DNA of 58,163 nt from Aplysia californica (lineage: Eukaryota). The notes below the pieces were generated by a model. That model had not been told where the DNA came from, ran no database searches, and worked only from the letters and a program-made list of their open reading frames with translations. A program made the position numbers and the translations under genes. Positions 1-12,937 of this stretch are shown here, piece by piece. The stretch spans positions 702,309-760,471 of the forward strand of contig NW_004797505.1 in assembly GCF_000002075.1 (NCBI RefSeq), written 5' to 3'. The first letter of the stretch is position 1. Each line of letters begins with the position of its first letter.

Positions 1-510
1 TAATGTCGACAATGAAAGAGGGCACACATTGGAGGGGCTTGGCTTGTACAGGACTGCCTTAGTGAGACAAGTACTTTTGACAATAACACCATGGGTAGTC
101 ACTGGTTATTGGTGTGATTTGGGCGGGATAGTAAACAATTAAATCTCACAAACACACGTAGAGACCCTAGTGATGTCTATTAAGTTTTTATTAGTTATGT
201 ACAACAGAGGAAAGTATAACCATTTATGTGGGCTTTGGTACTCGGAGATCACTCACCGACACCCTCATTACACCCTTAGATCATTGTCTTTTACTTATTT
301 CGTCTAATTGAAGAAAGATTACAACTGTATATTTTTTTCCAGGATCAAAGGACAAAAAGCAATAACTAAGCTTAGTAGGCCTAGTGGCCTCGCTCATTAT
401 CCGCAGAGTGTAAGGCAGATTGTCATCTGATGATCTCAAATAAATGAGATGAACTGAAGCTAATGTGTACTGTGAATTAACACAACGAGACGTTTACGAC
501 TGTCAGCGTG

Positions 511-591
511 TATATAAAGACGGGAACTTGGACAGTGGAGAAGATATTCTTGTCCTAGACGGAACCCAGTACCCGTAAATCTCATAAACAG
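511..591 (+). promoter_or_regulatory. Putative TATA box and short non-coding first exon of the Kazal gene
   Basis: TATATAAAG at 511-519, CAG|GTGAGG donor at 591/592; the ATG-bearing exon at 2392 starts at an acceptor only 4 nt before the ATG, so an upstream non-coding exon is needed. Linking this exon to that gene is inference. Confidence 0.45.
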
Positions 592-612
592 GTGAGGCTG
601 ATCATTTTAGCA

Positions 613-957
613 GAGGCATGTTTGGCGCAAATGTATTTCTGTTTTGAGCATTTTCTTTCTTTTTTTTTTTTCTTTCTTTCTTCGTTTTCTGCAAAATATT
701 ATGTACGCCTCCTGCAAACGTAAACCCCGACTTTCTTTCTTTTCTTTTTTTTTGTATCTTAACATGTCGATGCTTCTGCTCTCCATTTACCGATTAGAGA
801 CTCGTGTGTTCACGTGCCTTTCATTTCACTACTACTGCTACCCGGCATTTCAACTACTCAAACCCATCATTTGTAGCTGGCTCATTGAGTTTGAGTGGTG
901 CTGATCAGGCACTTTTTGGAATGCCTCGCATCTTGACTTGCCAATAAAACTCTAGTA
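613..957 (+). mobile_element. 345-bp insertion flanked by a 15-bp direct repeat (possible truncated non-LTR retro-insertion)
   Basis: CTGATCATTTTAGCA at 598-612 and 958-972; AATAAA at 943-948 near the right end. Confidence 0.4.
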
Positions 958-2395
958 CTGATCATTTTAGCAATTATTCTAAACAGACACAGTTCTGAAC
1001 AGCATATTGTTCTGACAATTAATCGAAATTTATAACTCTCCAGTACAAGTATTAGAAACAATTCCTAACACCCGTAACCTCCTAACTTTCACAGAAGTGT
1101 CTGCAACTGGTTTACCACCCTCCAAATCTTTTCCCAGGCTCCAGTCCCAACTATTCTCATTGGGGGGAGACTTTCGTGCAATTAAAATTTGAAAGCTGTA
1201 AGGGCGACATAAATTATTTTAAATCTGCAGAATGAACGTCTGAACCTACATCCTCTGAACGTTTATTGCCGATGTCTTTCACAATGTCGCAAATAGAAAT
1301 GGCGCATAAATGAAGATAAAGCTTTTTGAGTAGTATCCGCTTTCCTACCGTAGCTGTTACACTGAACCTGAACTTAAACCGTTTCTATTGTTCATAAATG
1401 ATCAAATGCAAGGGGTAACTAAAGAATTCCATGTTAATTGAAATGACTAATAAGGTTACCCCTCCCCGANNNNNNNNNNNNNNNNNNNNNNNNNNNNNNN
1501 NNNNNNNNNNNNNNNNNNNNNNNNNNNNNNNNNNNNNNNNNNNNNNNNNNNNNNNNNNNNNNNNNNNNNCCCCCCACACACACACACACACATTAATTTT
1601 ATATTTTATATTCGCGTGTCTTCTGTCTTGGCAAATACGTGTTTTTTCCCCCATATTTGCCCCCATAGATAAAGGCCTATGAATGAAGTCCATTTAAGAG
1701 GAACACTCCTGGACAGCTTTTTTTTAAATTTTAATGTTCAAGTTTGTCATAGCAATAACATGAAAGAAATACTAAAAAATGAAGTAACAAATGCTAAGAA
1801 TGAAGTAACGGCATGTTAGTTTAATGTTTTGTTTAGGGAGGGTATCGATTTCAATACGTTTTTCTTTGTTAAATCAAAATCTGATCCACTTCACATGAAC
1901 TCATACAGAAGCAAACATTTTCTCGGTCTCAGGTTCATATCGCGTTAACCGAAATACCAATGTTTGTAACAAATTTCAAGCCCATCATACTTCAAATACA
2001 AAGCATTCGTGAAATTTTAATTTCAGTACAAATGAATTCAATTACAATGGCAGAACCGGAGGTGGGGGGAGGAGGGGGTGGTATGAATAATTCTTAAAGC
2101 AAATTTCACGCTTTTTACCTCACCACTGTTAACAAGCATCACTAATACATGACGTAATCCACAAACTAATTTGAACAGGGTGACATCATTTCTTTAGATT
2201 GCATAACATTGTGTCCTATTCTCTGTCAACCCTATTGCTCATTTACGGGTTTGGTCAAGCGAAAATTAGACAATTGAAACCCCAAACAGTAAGTTCAGAC
2301 TTCTAAATTAACAACGAGTGTCTAGAATAGGTAAAATCCATTCAGAAAGCATTCAAATAACTAACTTGTCGAACACCCATGTCATCATCAGCATC

Positions 2396-2593
2396 ATGAA
2401 GTGGCTAGTGTTGGTTCTCCTGGCTGTGTACGTGGGTGGCGCTATGTCTGCGTCCTGTGACGCCTTGAAGAAACGCCGCTGTACCAGGGAGTACAAACCT
2501 GTGTGTGCGACCTTCACCCGGACCTTCCCCACTCAATGCGTCCTCGAGTCAATGAGGTGTGAACTCGCCAAACAAGGCTGGCAGTTAGACAAG
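2396..2593 (+). CDS. Kazal-type serine protease inhibitor, coding exon 1 (signal peptide + most of Kazal domain 1)
   Basis: Acceptor catcag|catc then ATG 2396; hydrophobic leader MKWLVLVLLAVYVGGAMSA; C-x7-CTREYKPVC-x10-C-x6-C Kazal spacing; donor AAG|GTGAGA at 2593/2594, phase 0. Confidence 0.85.
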
Positions 2594-3141
2594 GTGAGAG
2601 CAATAGCGTCTTTGTTCATCAATAATCAATATCCCCAAATCAAAAGAGTGGAACAGNNNNNNNNNNNNNNNNNNNNNNNNNNNNNNNNNNNNNNNNNNNN
2701 NNNNNNNNNNNNNNNNNNNNNNNNNNNNNNNNNNNNNNNNNNNNNNNNNNNNNNNNNNNNNNNNNNNNNNNNNNNNNNNNNNNNNNNNNNNNNNNNNNNN
2801 NNNNNNNNNNNTGTCATTTGGAGACCTTTCGAGATAGCTCAAATGTAGACCACACGGGCGACAGGGAAGTACCGTATATGTTGTTTTTTTCTTTCTTTTT
2901 TTCTTTTTGTTTGTTTTTTCAAAGGTGAAAACGGTCAAGTCTATAATTTCATTCAGCAACCAACCCTAAAATAATATTGTGAATCATAAATAACTACACT
3001 TAGTTTGTAAACGGGCGTTCGAACATCCTTTACCCCAACCACAACCCCATCCCACCACGGCTTCGCCACTCATTTTCTTACCTAAGGAAGATGACTGGTC
3101 CACTCTGTACTAATCGTTATTTTCTCAATGTTCATCCACAG

Positions 3142-3444
3142 ATTGTGTCCAAACGAGACTGCTGTCAGCGGCCAATAACCTCTGAATTCCATTACGTATG
3201 TGGATCTGACGGTGAAGTGTACATGAACCCTATGGGCATGGAAATCGCAGCTTGTGAAAAGAGAGACTATATCAAGTCCGTGCCTCTCTCCAACTGCCCA
3301 AATATCCATCGCCCTCCTGGCACTCTCGATGGCCCTGGCATTGTCCCTGTCCCTCGCCCCATGCCAATGCCTATGCCTGGCCCTGGCCCTATCCCTATTC
3401 CTGCTCCTGAACTTCTCCCATGGGAAGGAATTGTCCTGCACTAG
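3142..3444 (+). CDS. Kazal-type inhibitor, coding exon 2 (end of domain 1, atypical domain 2, Pro-rich tail)
   Basis: Acceptor ccacag|ATT, phase 0; VCGSDGEVYMN Kazal motif; TAG at 3442-3444; spliced product 166 aa (a gap at 2657-2811 lies in the intron). Confidence 0.85.
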   Translation: MVSKRDCCQRPITSEFHYVCGSDGEVYMNPMGMEIAACEKRDYIKSVPLSNCPNIHRPPGTLDGPGIVPVPRPMPMPMPGPGPIPIPAPELLPWEGIVLH

Positions 3445-3464
3445 ACGCTGACGCAAACGCGTGA

Positions 3465-3470
3465 AATAAA
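3465..3470 (+). terminator. Polyadenylation signal of the Kazal gene
   Basis: AATAAA 20 nt after the stop, followed downstream by GT/T-rich sequence. Confidence 0.6.
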
Positions 3471-4330
3471 GTTCCAGAAGCGTCCAGAAATGAATGTCTC
3501 ATGGGTTTTTTGTTCAAACCCACCTTGTCAAAAAGAATGTCTGAATGAAACAAACAGTAGCTTTAATTCAGCATGCGATTCTCAGCGTTTCACGTAACTA
3601 AGCTACATAGGTATGCAATATATCCACTCTCAAACATGATGAAACATGTATGTTTATCTGCAACCTTAAAAGGACTTTATGTCCTTCTCCGAAAGTACAG
3701 AGCCAAGTGATGAGGGCTTGAAAACACCACAAACAATAGTACGTTTGATGGTGTGATAATGGAGAGGGCAGGTGTATTTGTATACTTTTTGGTAAAGTCT
3801 GCATTTTTGTCTTTTTTTAGATTCTACGCTGAAAACTCTCTGAGAAACATGTAGGCCTACTTAGACGGAGTTCACATGCTATTTGTTGTAGAAACTCTTG
3901 GAATTCAAATGTTCGTCTGCTGAATGACTAGCAAACCAATAAATTACAGTTTGATAACTGTTTTTCTCCTGCTCAACACAGTTTACTTAATTTAGAATGC
4001 ATCCAACTTCATCGCTGCACGTAAAGGCCAAGCCAAATTGTGTGGGATTTAGTCCACCGTGATAAAATATAGTTCTACAAACAGGAATCGACTTCACGTC
4101 CTTCGAGCAAAAAAATNNNNNNNNNNNNNNNNNNNNNNNNNNNNNNNNNNNNNNNNNNNNNNNNNNNNNNNNNNNNNNNNNNNNNNNNNNNNNNNNNNNN
4201 NNNNNNNNNNNNNNNNNNNNNNNNNNNNNNNNNNNNNNNNNNNNNNNNNNNNNNNNNNNNNNNNNNNNNNNNNNNNNNNNNNNNNNNNNNNNNNNNNNNN
4301 NNNNNNNNNNNNNNNNNNNNNNNNNNNNNN

Positions 4331-6579
4331 CAACAATGGGGGCACACCAGTCTGTTGGCTCAGAGACTGGCTCAATAACTTCTTGCTCCACCATCTTCTC
4401 AAGCTTTTCTTTCCCTTTTTCTTTCAGTGGCAGGGGGTAGTCGACGAGGAACTGCAACAGAAAACGGTTTTGCTTCTTGATCCAGTGTGATCTTGTAGGG
4501 CTTGTTTATCTTTCCTAACCCCGTAAATAACTCTGCATATTCCGAAGGTATACTTTGTTTCTTCACCTCGTTCACTCTCTCCAAGAGTTTCAAAGCTTCT
4601 ATAGCTGGTCTACCTAACAGAGGCTCATTCAGGTTTGTGACGACATACAAATCCTGTTCTGAAGATGTATTTCTGGTAGCCAATGTAGCCCTGACTACTC
4701 CTTTTACCTGTAGTTCCTGGTGTCCTGCTCCAAATAAATTCTTCTCTGTTTTCTTTATTAGCGGTGAGTTTTTCTTGAAATATCTGTCCGGTATCACCGT
4801 GACGTCTGCACCAGTATCCACTCTATACTTAACTGGCTTTCCTATTGTAGTTATTTGTGCGTGCCACAAGTCATCGTTGCTTTGCACGGCCCTGACACCA
4901 TACTCGTTTTCCAGCTGTAGTGTTCCCAGGAAAATTGTTTCAACTTGTCTTACCAACTTCTTGTCTTTGTTTCTACAAGCTGTGGAGAAGTGTCCTCTCT
5001 TTTTGCATGTGTAGCATTCCGCATGTTTGGCAGGACATTCTTGTTTATCGTGTGGACCTCTTCCACATCTGTGACATTTTTTACCTATGTTTTCTTTTTT
5101 TTGAATTTTTGCTTGGGGCCCTGACCTTGACCTTGACTTTGACCTTGCCTGTAAAACTTTCCTTTCTGTAACCTGTTTACTTCTGAAACTTCGTTTCCAG
5201 TACTTTGGCTCATTGTATGCGATTGTGTCCTAGATGACTCATATGCTCGTCCTATATCTAGACACTTTGTTAGGGTGAGATTTTTGTCTTCCAAAAACTT
5301 TTCTCTTAAGCTTTCTTCTCGCACTCCTATCCCCACCTGATCTCTTATTAAGCGGTCTTGCAACTGTGTGTCTCCGAAGTTGCAGGACTTGGCTAGCTGA
5401 CGAAGTTGTGCAATGTAGGCCTCTATTGTTTCGTCTTGTTTTTGTTTCCTCATGTGAAACTTGTGAGACTCGTAGGCTTCATGTTTCTTTCCTATGCAAA
5501 AGTCGTCAAAAGCTTGTATGACGCTTTGGAGATTTTTCTTATCTGCCTCGTCCTCGAAGTGGAAACCTTCGAAAATGTCTACAGCATCTTCCCCAATCGT
5601 CGCTAGAAACACTGCACATTGGAAATCTTCTTCTTCCTTGTTTAATCTGGTGGCGATCGCATAATTTTCGAAGTTTCTCTTAAACTTTTTCCACCCTTGT
5701 GCTAGGTTTGTGCCATCTGTTACGTTTAATTTTGATGGAAGGGGTACGTTGGCTGTGTATTGCTTCTGCTGGTTTTCCCTGTTATGTTGTGCCATTTCTG
5801 TTCACTTGTTGTGGAACTAGAAATCCAGAATAGATCTACTCAAATAAAAGACTCTAAGTCTAGAAGTCTAGAATCTCCAGACCCAAACAAACAAACAAGT
5901 CACAGTTCCAACTCAACACTGTTCATAGTTCAAAACATCTAGATTCTAGTTAATCCAGGCCTATTACCACATCTAGATAATCTACTTCTATCCAGATCTC
6001 TAGTTTCTAGCTCCAGAATCCAGATCTAGATCTACATCCAAAATCCTTCCCGTTTTCAAACATTTAACTGTCTAAACCTAACTAGTCTAGACCTCTACTC
6101 TCACAGAGCACTGTTCTTGATAGATAAACTCTAGCACTTCATTGAATTTGGGTGTTTTCTTGAAGTAGTTGGCTGTTCAGTAGCCACTTCTGACACCATG
6201 TAAAGTTACCTGGCGGTCCGATGAGTCGGGTCTGTCAGGGGGGGTCCCTTCCAAGATAAGTGTTGCCTCGTCGTGGTCCTGAGTTCGACTGAATACCTCA
6301 GTGAGTCTCTCAGACGATGTCTCTCTTTTTCGCGCCGGGCTCTTGACGTCATCCAAGGGCGTGCCATCCCCTAATTATCTTGTCCCCACAGTAAAGATAA
6401 GAGTCATGTCCCTTGACATCACATGGTTGCAAGCAGCAGGTGAGTTGCTCTGGGGTGAATCTTCGGTGTTGCCGCTCGCTGCTCGAGTGACAGGCTTTTG
6501 ACTTGCAAGTCTACTGCCGCACATAGAAAGGCTGGCTGTATTTTGTCTTGGCATCATAAACTGCCGTGGGCTCATTACA
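4331..6579 (-). mobile_element. Ty3/Gypsy (Mag-like) LTR retrotransposon 1, 5' part only; frameshifted gag-protease-RT start, ends at an assembly gap
   Basis: Gag (5085-5795: WKKFKRNFENY, IRDQ..G), twin CCHC knuckles, protease VDTGADV (4399-4956), RT start VIEPVSEPTDWCAPIV; PBS TGGTGTCAGAAGTGG at 6184-6198; LTR TGTAA..TTACA 6199-6579 (right limit inferred from the terminal inverted repeat). Confidence 0.9.
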
Positions 6580-7337
6580 TTTTAACAATTAAGATTCAGA
6601 TTCATAGTAGACATTTTTTGCTACAACTCTGAATCACTGAATTGCACTGAGTTGCTCAAGTGAGTTGGGGGTTGATTCCCGCAAGTGGGAGTTGCGAGCA
6701 GTCAAAGAGTCTACATAACAGGAGGGGCCACTCCTCTCTTTGAGCAAAAGCGAACCCTTTGCGAACAGAGTTACACTACTTGAGTTTAGAAAATCAAAGT
6801 GAAACCAGCAAATTTTTGGATAAATGTTGGAAGAACGCTTTTTTAAAATGGTTAGGCTGTCAAAAAAACTCTCCCGGAGGTAGGGGTGATTGTTTTCTTC
6901 GTTTAATTTGACTTTAGAATGAAGGGCGAGAGGTCATTAAATTTTTTTTTTAACCCTAAATCTCCGCACTGAACGAACCCGAACTGCTGATGAACAGCAG
7001 TCGGTCTGCGCACGCAAGGAGGTGCTATTTAGTGTAGTAGAGGAACGACAAAAATACTGGAAGAAAGGAAAGGAAAAAATTGCAAAAGAAACAAAAAGTA
7101 TCGGGATGCACATAGAATTAGGTCACTTTCAACATACTAAAAATGTACATTCACGCTTTAATTTGAAATGCTATTTTTAGCTCATGACGTCATCGGGGTC
7201 AACTTTATATAAAAAATATCTTTTAGAACATAGTCATGTTGCACCTTGTTTGAAAGCTCGACAAATATGCTGTTTGAATATGTAATATTGAAAAAGCTTG
7301 GAGGCCAAATAGGAACACAAACACACCAAATGGAATT

Positions 7338-9500
7338 TCACAACAGTAGATCGTGCACGTTCATCATATCTGGTATTTCAAGAGTATCAAGCCCGTCAGG
7401 AAACTCCAGGAGACTGATATCATCTTCCTCAGTAAGTGATGGGCAATTTGTGCAGGTCAAACCCATGTAACCTCCACAGGAAATGGAGCATTCCAGTCCG
7501 TGGCGACGACACGTGCGATTTGTGGACTTACAATCTGTTCTACAGCTGCTCTTAATCACCTTCAACAGAGAATGTGGGGCAGGTGACATATATGTCGTGC
7601 ATGGCTCTAAGTGATCATCGTGCAGCTGCCATCCCCATTGTGTCTTGAATATTACCTGCACTTGAAGATACACCGGAAGACTGTGGTACTTGGCTGCAGT
7701 ACTGGTTGGCGGCAAGCATTGGATTTGGACGGATGTGGCACATGATGCAACCTTTATATAGAACCTCTTGTAGCGCAAGGGTGTCTGCAGCAGTGCCATT
7801 GTAGAGACTGACTAAAGCTCTTTCTCCAGCATCACTGATGTCTTCCTGAGTCTTTCCTGCTGTGCAAAAAATATGAGCTCGCTTTCGAAAATGAGCATCT
7901 GTCAATTTTCTCATTGGAACCACTGTTCCCAGCCCAAAAAGTCTCGAAGTTAAATAACAGCCTTTGACAGCATGAAGAAAATGACACGTTTCTTCGCCTA
8001 GTTTCTCCTACAGGTTCTGGATGTTTAAACTTTTTGTGATTGTCGCCAGATTTTCTGTCTGATCTGAAAATAATAGGCCTGCTACTGAGCAGTGCATGGT
8101 GACAAAGGAGCACAAGCAAGTCTGTATCTTCTCCAATGACAGCTACAGGGTGGGTTGCTGCATACTCCATGGCAGTTTTTACTATGAGTGTGTCGGCATC
8201 TCCAGCAGCGTGAAGACAGTGGCAACCAAGAGCCATCCGAGTGCCTCTAAGGAGGTGAACGAACTCCTGTTTGTTTCTTGGATTTGAAAGGAAGTGTTCC
8301 TTGCTTGAGGTCAATGGCATTTCTTTGGGGAAGACAACAGCTGGTCCGACCGCACCTGCAGAACGCCTGAGGAAAGCGGCATCTTTTACTGATGGGCCCG
8401 ACTCATACCCATCAAACACCACGATGGGCTTAGAATATTTCCTGTTAACATATTCAGCATACCTATTACAAATTACGGAAACGGGCTCTTTCTTCCTCCA
8501 GGGGATTTTGTGAAGACGTGAATCCCCGTCCAATATGGTCACCATGTCCATGTACTCATCTTTCGATGGTGGATCATCTTTGAAGAGGTCTCTCATTGAA
8601 TCAGCCAGCTTGGAAATGTGTGCCTCTCTCTTCAATCTTGATAATGATAGTTCAAAGATAGATGGTGGTGGAGTCGTCAGTTCATACTTCAACACAGATG
8701 AGAGATAATAATTGTCAACATTTGCTGCTGTAATCATCCGCTGAAAGAGAAGTTGAGGATTGACTTTGTATGTTTGCACCCTCCATTTTGGCAGTGATTT
8801 TGGTGTCCATGCTAACAACTTGGTCTTTTCTTTTGAAGGTGGAGTCCTTCACAGGTTTGTCCTGCATGGTCTGCAAAATAACCTTGCCAACATATTTTGC
8901 AGTGTCGGCATTAACTGTGGAATGAGCTGTCACCCCTGTGCATATATTCCGTAATGTCTGATCACTGGCAAAGTGGTTGCGATCTTTTAGGAAACTAAGG
9001 AGCAGTCTCATATCTTTATCATCTCTCGTTTGTCTGGCATCACTGACTTCAATATGTTGTTGACTTGTATTTAATTCTGTACCAGTTACCCGCTGCCTTT
9101 CATTGCATATTATATCAGCACAAGCTGGCATGGACATGAGCTACTGTGTTCTCTGTGTATCTCCCATGCCTCTACCACGTGTCAGTCCCTCTGTAGACTT
9201 TGGGTATTTCATTAAGACTTGCTCAATCACGAGATCAGTACTCAGTCCAGCCCAGAAGCAATCACTTCGACCCAGAACGTGAAAGCCAAACGAGAAGGCA
9301 TTGAAAACTGATGGGTGCTGTTCTTCAAGCTGTCCCATCTTCTAAAGGTAGATATAGACCGACTTGGTGTACTGTGAGTGCCCGGCAGCAGCAAGGAAGG
9401 GGATCATGTCTTGCAAGGATTGTAAATGTAACCACCAGTCACCTGAACCTTCGGCTTTTAAGGAAGCGCTTCAAGAAGACAATCATATCCATGTACTGAA
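7338..9500 (-). mobile_element. Academ (AcademX-type) DNA transposon remnant: transposase C-part, XPG-like nuclease and Cys-rich finger, multiply frameshifted
   Basis: Fragmented ORFs with FLKAEGSGDWWLHL..AAAGHSQYTKS, DLVIEQVLMK, VVFDGY, AAGDADTLIV, GEDTDLLVLL and C-terminal CRTDCKS..CRRHGLECSISCG; matches the Academ transposase + XPG + Cys-finger architecture (family call from recalled motifs, not a search). Confidence 0.7.
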
Positions 9501-10980
9501 GCCAGAGACGAAAAATAAAACAGAACCCCCCCCCCCCCCCCCAAAAAAAGAGAAAAATACAGCTTAAAAAAAAAAATCCCCCAAAAATACCGCTAAAAAA
9601 AGGGAGACACACAGGTTTGAACCCTGGTTAAAAAGTTTTACATCTAGTCAAAAAAAAGTCTGACGCCTTTACCACTAGGCTAGAACGCCACACGTCATTT
9701 CATGTCATGTTAACATTTATATATAGTAGGCCTACATAGATCTATGCACTTGATAAAATTGAACGTTCTTTCATTCAACTTCTGTCAGCATATACACCGA
9801 GTTTGTTTGTTTGCTTGTTTAGTCTACTGGGTAGAAGAGCTCTAATGCAACAATTATAGATCATAGATAAAGTAATTTACTTATTTGTATCAGTTTCCTT
9901 TCACATTTCTTCCAAAATAGAGTTGTTTTCAAATGGTGCGGCCATCGTGATCATTCCGCGGACGATGTGTGCACACCGCAAATCGAGCCTCCGCTAGAGG
10001 CAACGGAGTTCGCGTTTTCAATGAAAATTTTAAAACTTTCCCATTCGTACATTAATGTACATTTTGAGTATTTTAGATACGATGATTTTCTCTATCAACT
10101 GCATTTCATTGTGTTTCTTTTGCTTTTATTTCCTTGCGATTTCTCAAATCTGCCAGACTAATTCATATTCTTCTTCGAAAGAGAGCTTCAAAACACACTG
10201 CAGCGCCATCTGAAGCAAAGAGCAGACTTCCGGCGGACACTTTTTTGGCTGAGTGGACCATCTTGCTATGTACTATCTTTCGAGAAGTGAACGGAATCGA
10301 TACCGGGAGCCAGCTCTAGAATTATCTACACAAAACCTCGTGTTTGCTATTTTATAACGAACACTCGGATTCAACGAGATTTTAGGTCAGGCCCGGCGAC
10401 CTCGTTGAACCCGAGTTCCACTGTAATACTTTTTTGTTCGAGGCATTTCAATAAATGGTCTGGAGGTAACATTTTACGTGGAATAGCCGGCCACGGATTT
10501 TGGACAACTCTTATGGGTTCCTTATTATTTCCCACAACATCATGAGTTTATTAACAAAGTTCCACCATTTGATTTATTTGTCAACATTATGTGTTTATTT
10601 ACAAGGTTCCAGCATTTGTTTTTATTTCCGACAAGCTGACAGATCCCCAAAACACACAAACAATAAGTGAGAACTGCGTAGCTCAGAATGATTGACGCTA
10701 AATAGAATTACATTGTACTTGTACTTGATTAATTTTTTAAAATATATAAAAACAAGATGCAGATTCTGAAGTTGTGCTTTGTCCAGTTCATCGTGTTAGA
10801 AAAATGAGATCATTCACATTGTTGTATAAATATTTCATTAATATTTATAATTACATTACAATTGCATGTATAATAGATATATTAGATTCTAGATCTATAT
10901 TTACAATTACCTCACACTGTCACACTCACATCCTTTCTGCATGCGAAACATTTTCCAAAGGAACAACTCCGGTGTCCAGA

Positions 10981-11441
10981 TTGAGTGATTGATGGATTGA
11001 GTGACTGAGTGATTGGGTGATTGACTGAGTGATTGATAAATTGAGTGAATGAGTGATTGACGGATTGAGTGATTGATGGATTGAGTGACTGAGTGATTGC
11101 GTGATTGATGGATTGATTGAATGATTGAGTGGCTGAGGGATTGAATGATTGAGTGACTGAGTGAGTGATTGAGTGATGGATGGATTGAGTGATTGATGGA
11201 TTGAGTGAGTGATTGAGTGACTAGATTGAGCGACTGAGTGATTGAGTGATTGATGGATTGAGTGATAGTGATAGATGGATTGAGTGGCTGAGTGATTGAT
11301 GGATTGAGTGATTGATTGAGTGATTGAGTGAATGATTGAGTGAATGATTGATTGAGTGATTGATGGATTGAGTGAGTGATTGAGTGGTTGAGTGAGTGAT
11401 TGATGGAGTGAGTAACTGAGTGATTGATGGATTGACTGAGT
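10981..11441. repeat. Degenerate tetranucleotide microsatellite (GATT/GAGT/GATG)
   Basis: Direct reading of the sequence. Confidence 0.9.
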
Positions 11442-11926
11442 GTCGTCTGCCTAGCTGGAGCCAGTGGGGCGAGAACACAGTCTGTGCCTCTGTCTTGTCC
11501 AACTCAATTTGTGACGTAATTGTGCCGTGACCGTTAGTGGAAGGCTCTGGTCCGGATAAGTGTTAGGTTACATGTCAGTAGATCAGTGTTAGGTCACATG
11601 TCAGTGGATCAATCTTAGGTCACATGTCAGTGGATCAGTGTTAGGTCACATGTCAGTAGATCAATGGATCAGTGTTAGGCCACATGTCAGTGGATCAGTG
11701 TCAGGCCACATGTCAGTGGATCAGTGGATCAGTGTTAGGTCACATGTCAGTGGATCAGTGTACTGTTAGATCAGATCAATGGATCAGTGTTAGACCACAT
11801 GTCAGTGGATCAGTGTACTGTTAGATCAGATCAATGGATCAGTGTTAGGTCACAACAGTGGATCAGTGTTAGGTCACAACAGTGGATCAGTGTACTGTTA
11901 GATCAGATCAATGGATCAGTGCTAGG

Positions 11927-12937
11927 CTGTCCCCGTTGGATTATTGTTATGCGATTGTGCGGCCGCGTTTTTTCGCGTAATTCTGCAACTTTTGAATAAT
12001 TTTGGATTCCCCGCGTTCTTTCACGTTTTAAAATATTTTTTTTCCACAAAACAAATTATTTAACGCCTCGCAATGTGACTAAAGGGGAGTAATCACCGTA
12101 ATAAAAGTTGGTTATTTCCCTTGTTAAAAGCATGTTCAATTTTTCAATTGATCTACATGTAAAAAGTTGTTCTCATGTCTACTGGTGTTTCATGTTTGAC
12201 AGGTAGAGCTGGGCGAAGAGTCGATTCTGACAGGTAGAGCTGGGCGAAGAGTCGATTCCGGAACCGATTCCCACGATTAATGCTGTTATGGAAGAAGTTA
12301 CTTTAATCACTAAAATCGTTTTTTCTTAAAGAATTTATATTTGAAAAATAAAAGTTGATGCTTTGTCGTGTTTAGAAATCAAGGTTTTCCTAAATCTTGA
12401 ACATGTTAAGAAATCAAGGTTTTCCTACTGGAAGAAATCACATGATTAGAGAGTAAGTAATTCAAGTAATTGGGTTCGGAGTCGATTCCTACGATTCCTA
12501 ACTTTCAATAAACGGGAACCAAGCCGCCCAGCACTATTGACAGGTGTGTCTGGCTTTAGTGATGTGCCAGCATCAGAGGTCCAAATTGTTTATGTTTTTT
12601 GTTGTTTTTTTTACATTTTTCTTACCTCTAGATCTATAGATATAGATCTACAGCTGAAAGTTACAGAAATTATAAAAAAATTATTATCATTTTTGGGGTT
12701 TGGTTTTTTTTTCTGACAGGTGCGTATTGTTTTCTTTCCAAATACACAACAAATTACTGATACTGATATGTTCTGTTTTCAAGTTTTCTGTACACAAAAC
12801 ATGAAAATTCTTGTTGAAAAAAAAAAGAGAAAAAGATGTCGCGAATGGTGTTACAGTGACTTGCATAATTTTTGCATCATTTTGCTTTTTTCATGCAAAA
12901 TTTGGCAATCTACATTTGCATAATTCTACGGGGACAG
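11927..12937. mobile_element. Non-autonomous TIR DNA transposon (~1 kb), 8-bp TSD
   Basis: Termini CTGTCCCCGTtggATTAT / ATAATtctACGGGGACAG; flanks GTGCTAGG (11919-11926) and GTGTTAGG (12938-12945), an 8-nt duplication relative to the array phase. Confidence 0.75.
12204..12536. mobile_element. hAT-like MITE nested in the previous element
   Basis: TIR TAGAGCTGGGCG / CGCCCAGCACTA; perfect 8-bp TSD TTGACAGG (12196-12203, 12537-12544); internal CGATTCC repeats. Confidence 0.8.

Noticed and set aside
416-460. CTGATGA followed by a stem-loop, hammerhead-ribozyme-like (also ~39570-39610 and 46285-46300 minus)
   Set aside because: No correctly placed GAAA core with stems I-III; not supportable without a covariance search.
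4502-5014. Antisense ORFs over Gypsy pol regions (also 54779-55416)
   Set aside because: Shadow frames of the retroelement coding strand with no recognisable motifs.
5085-5105. Possible programmed gag frameshift at an A-run in Gypsy 1
   Set aside because: The shift falls before the zinc knuckles and the element has other lesions; homopolymer slippage is simpler.
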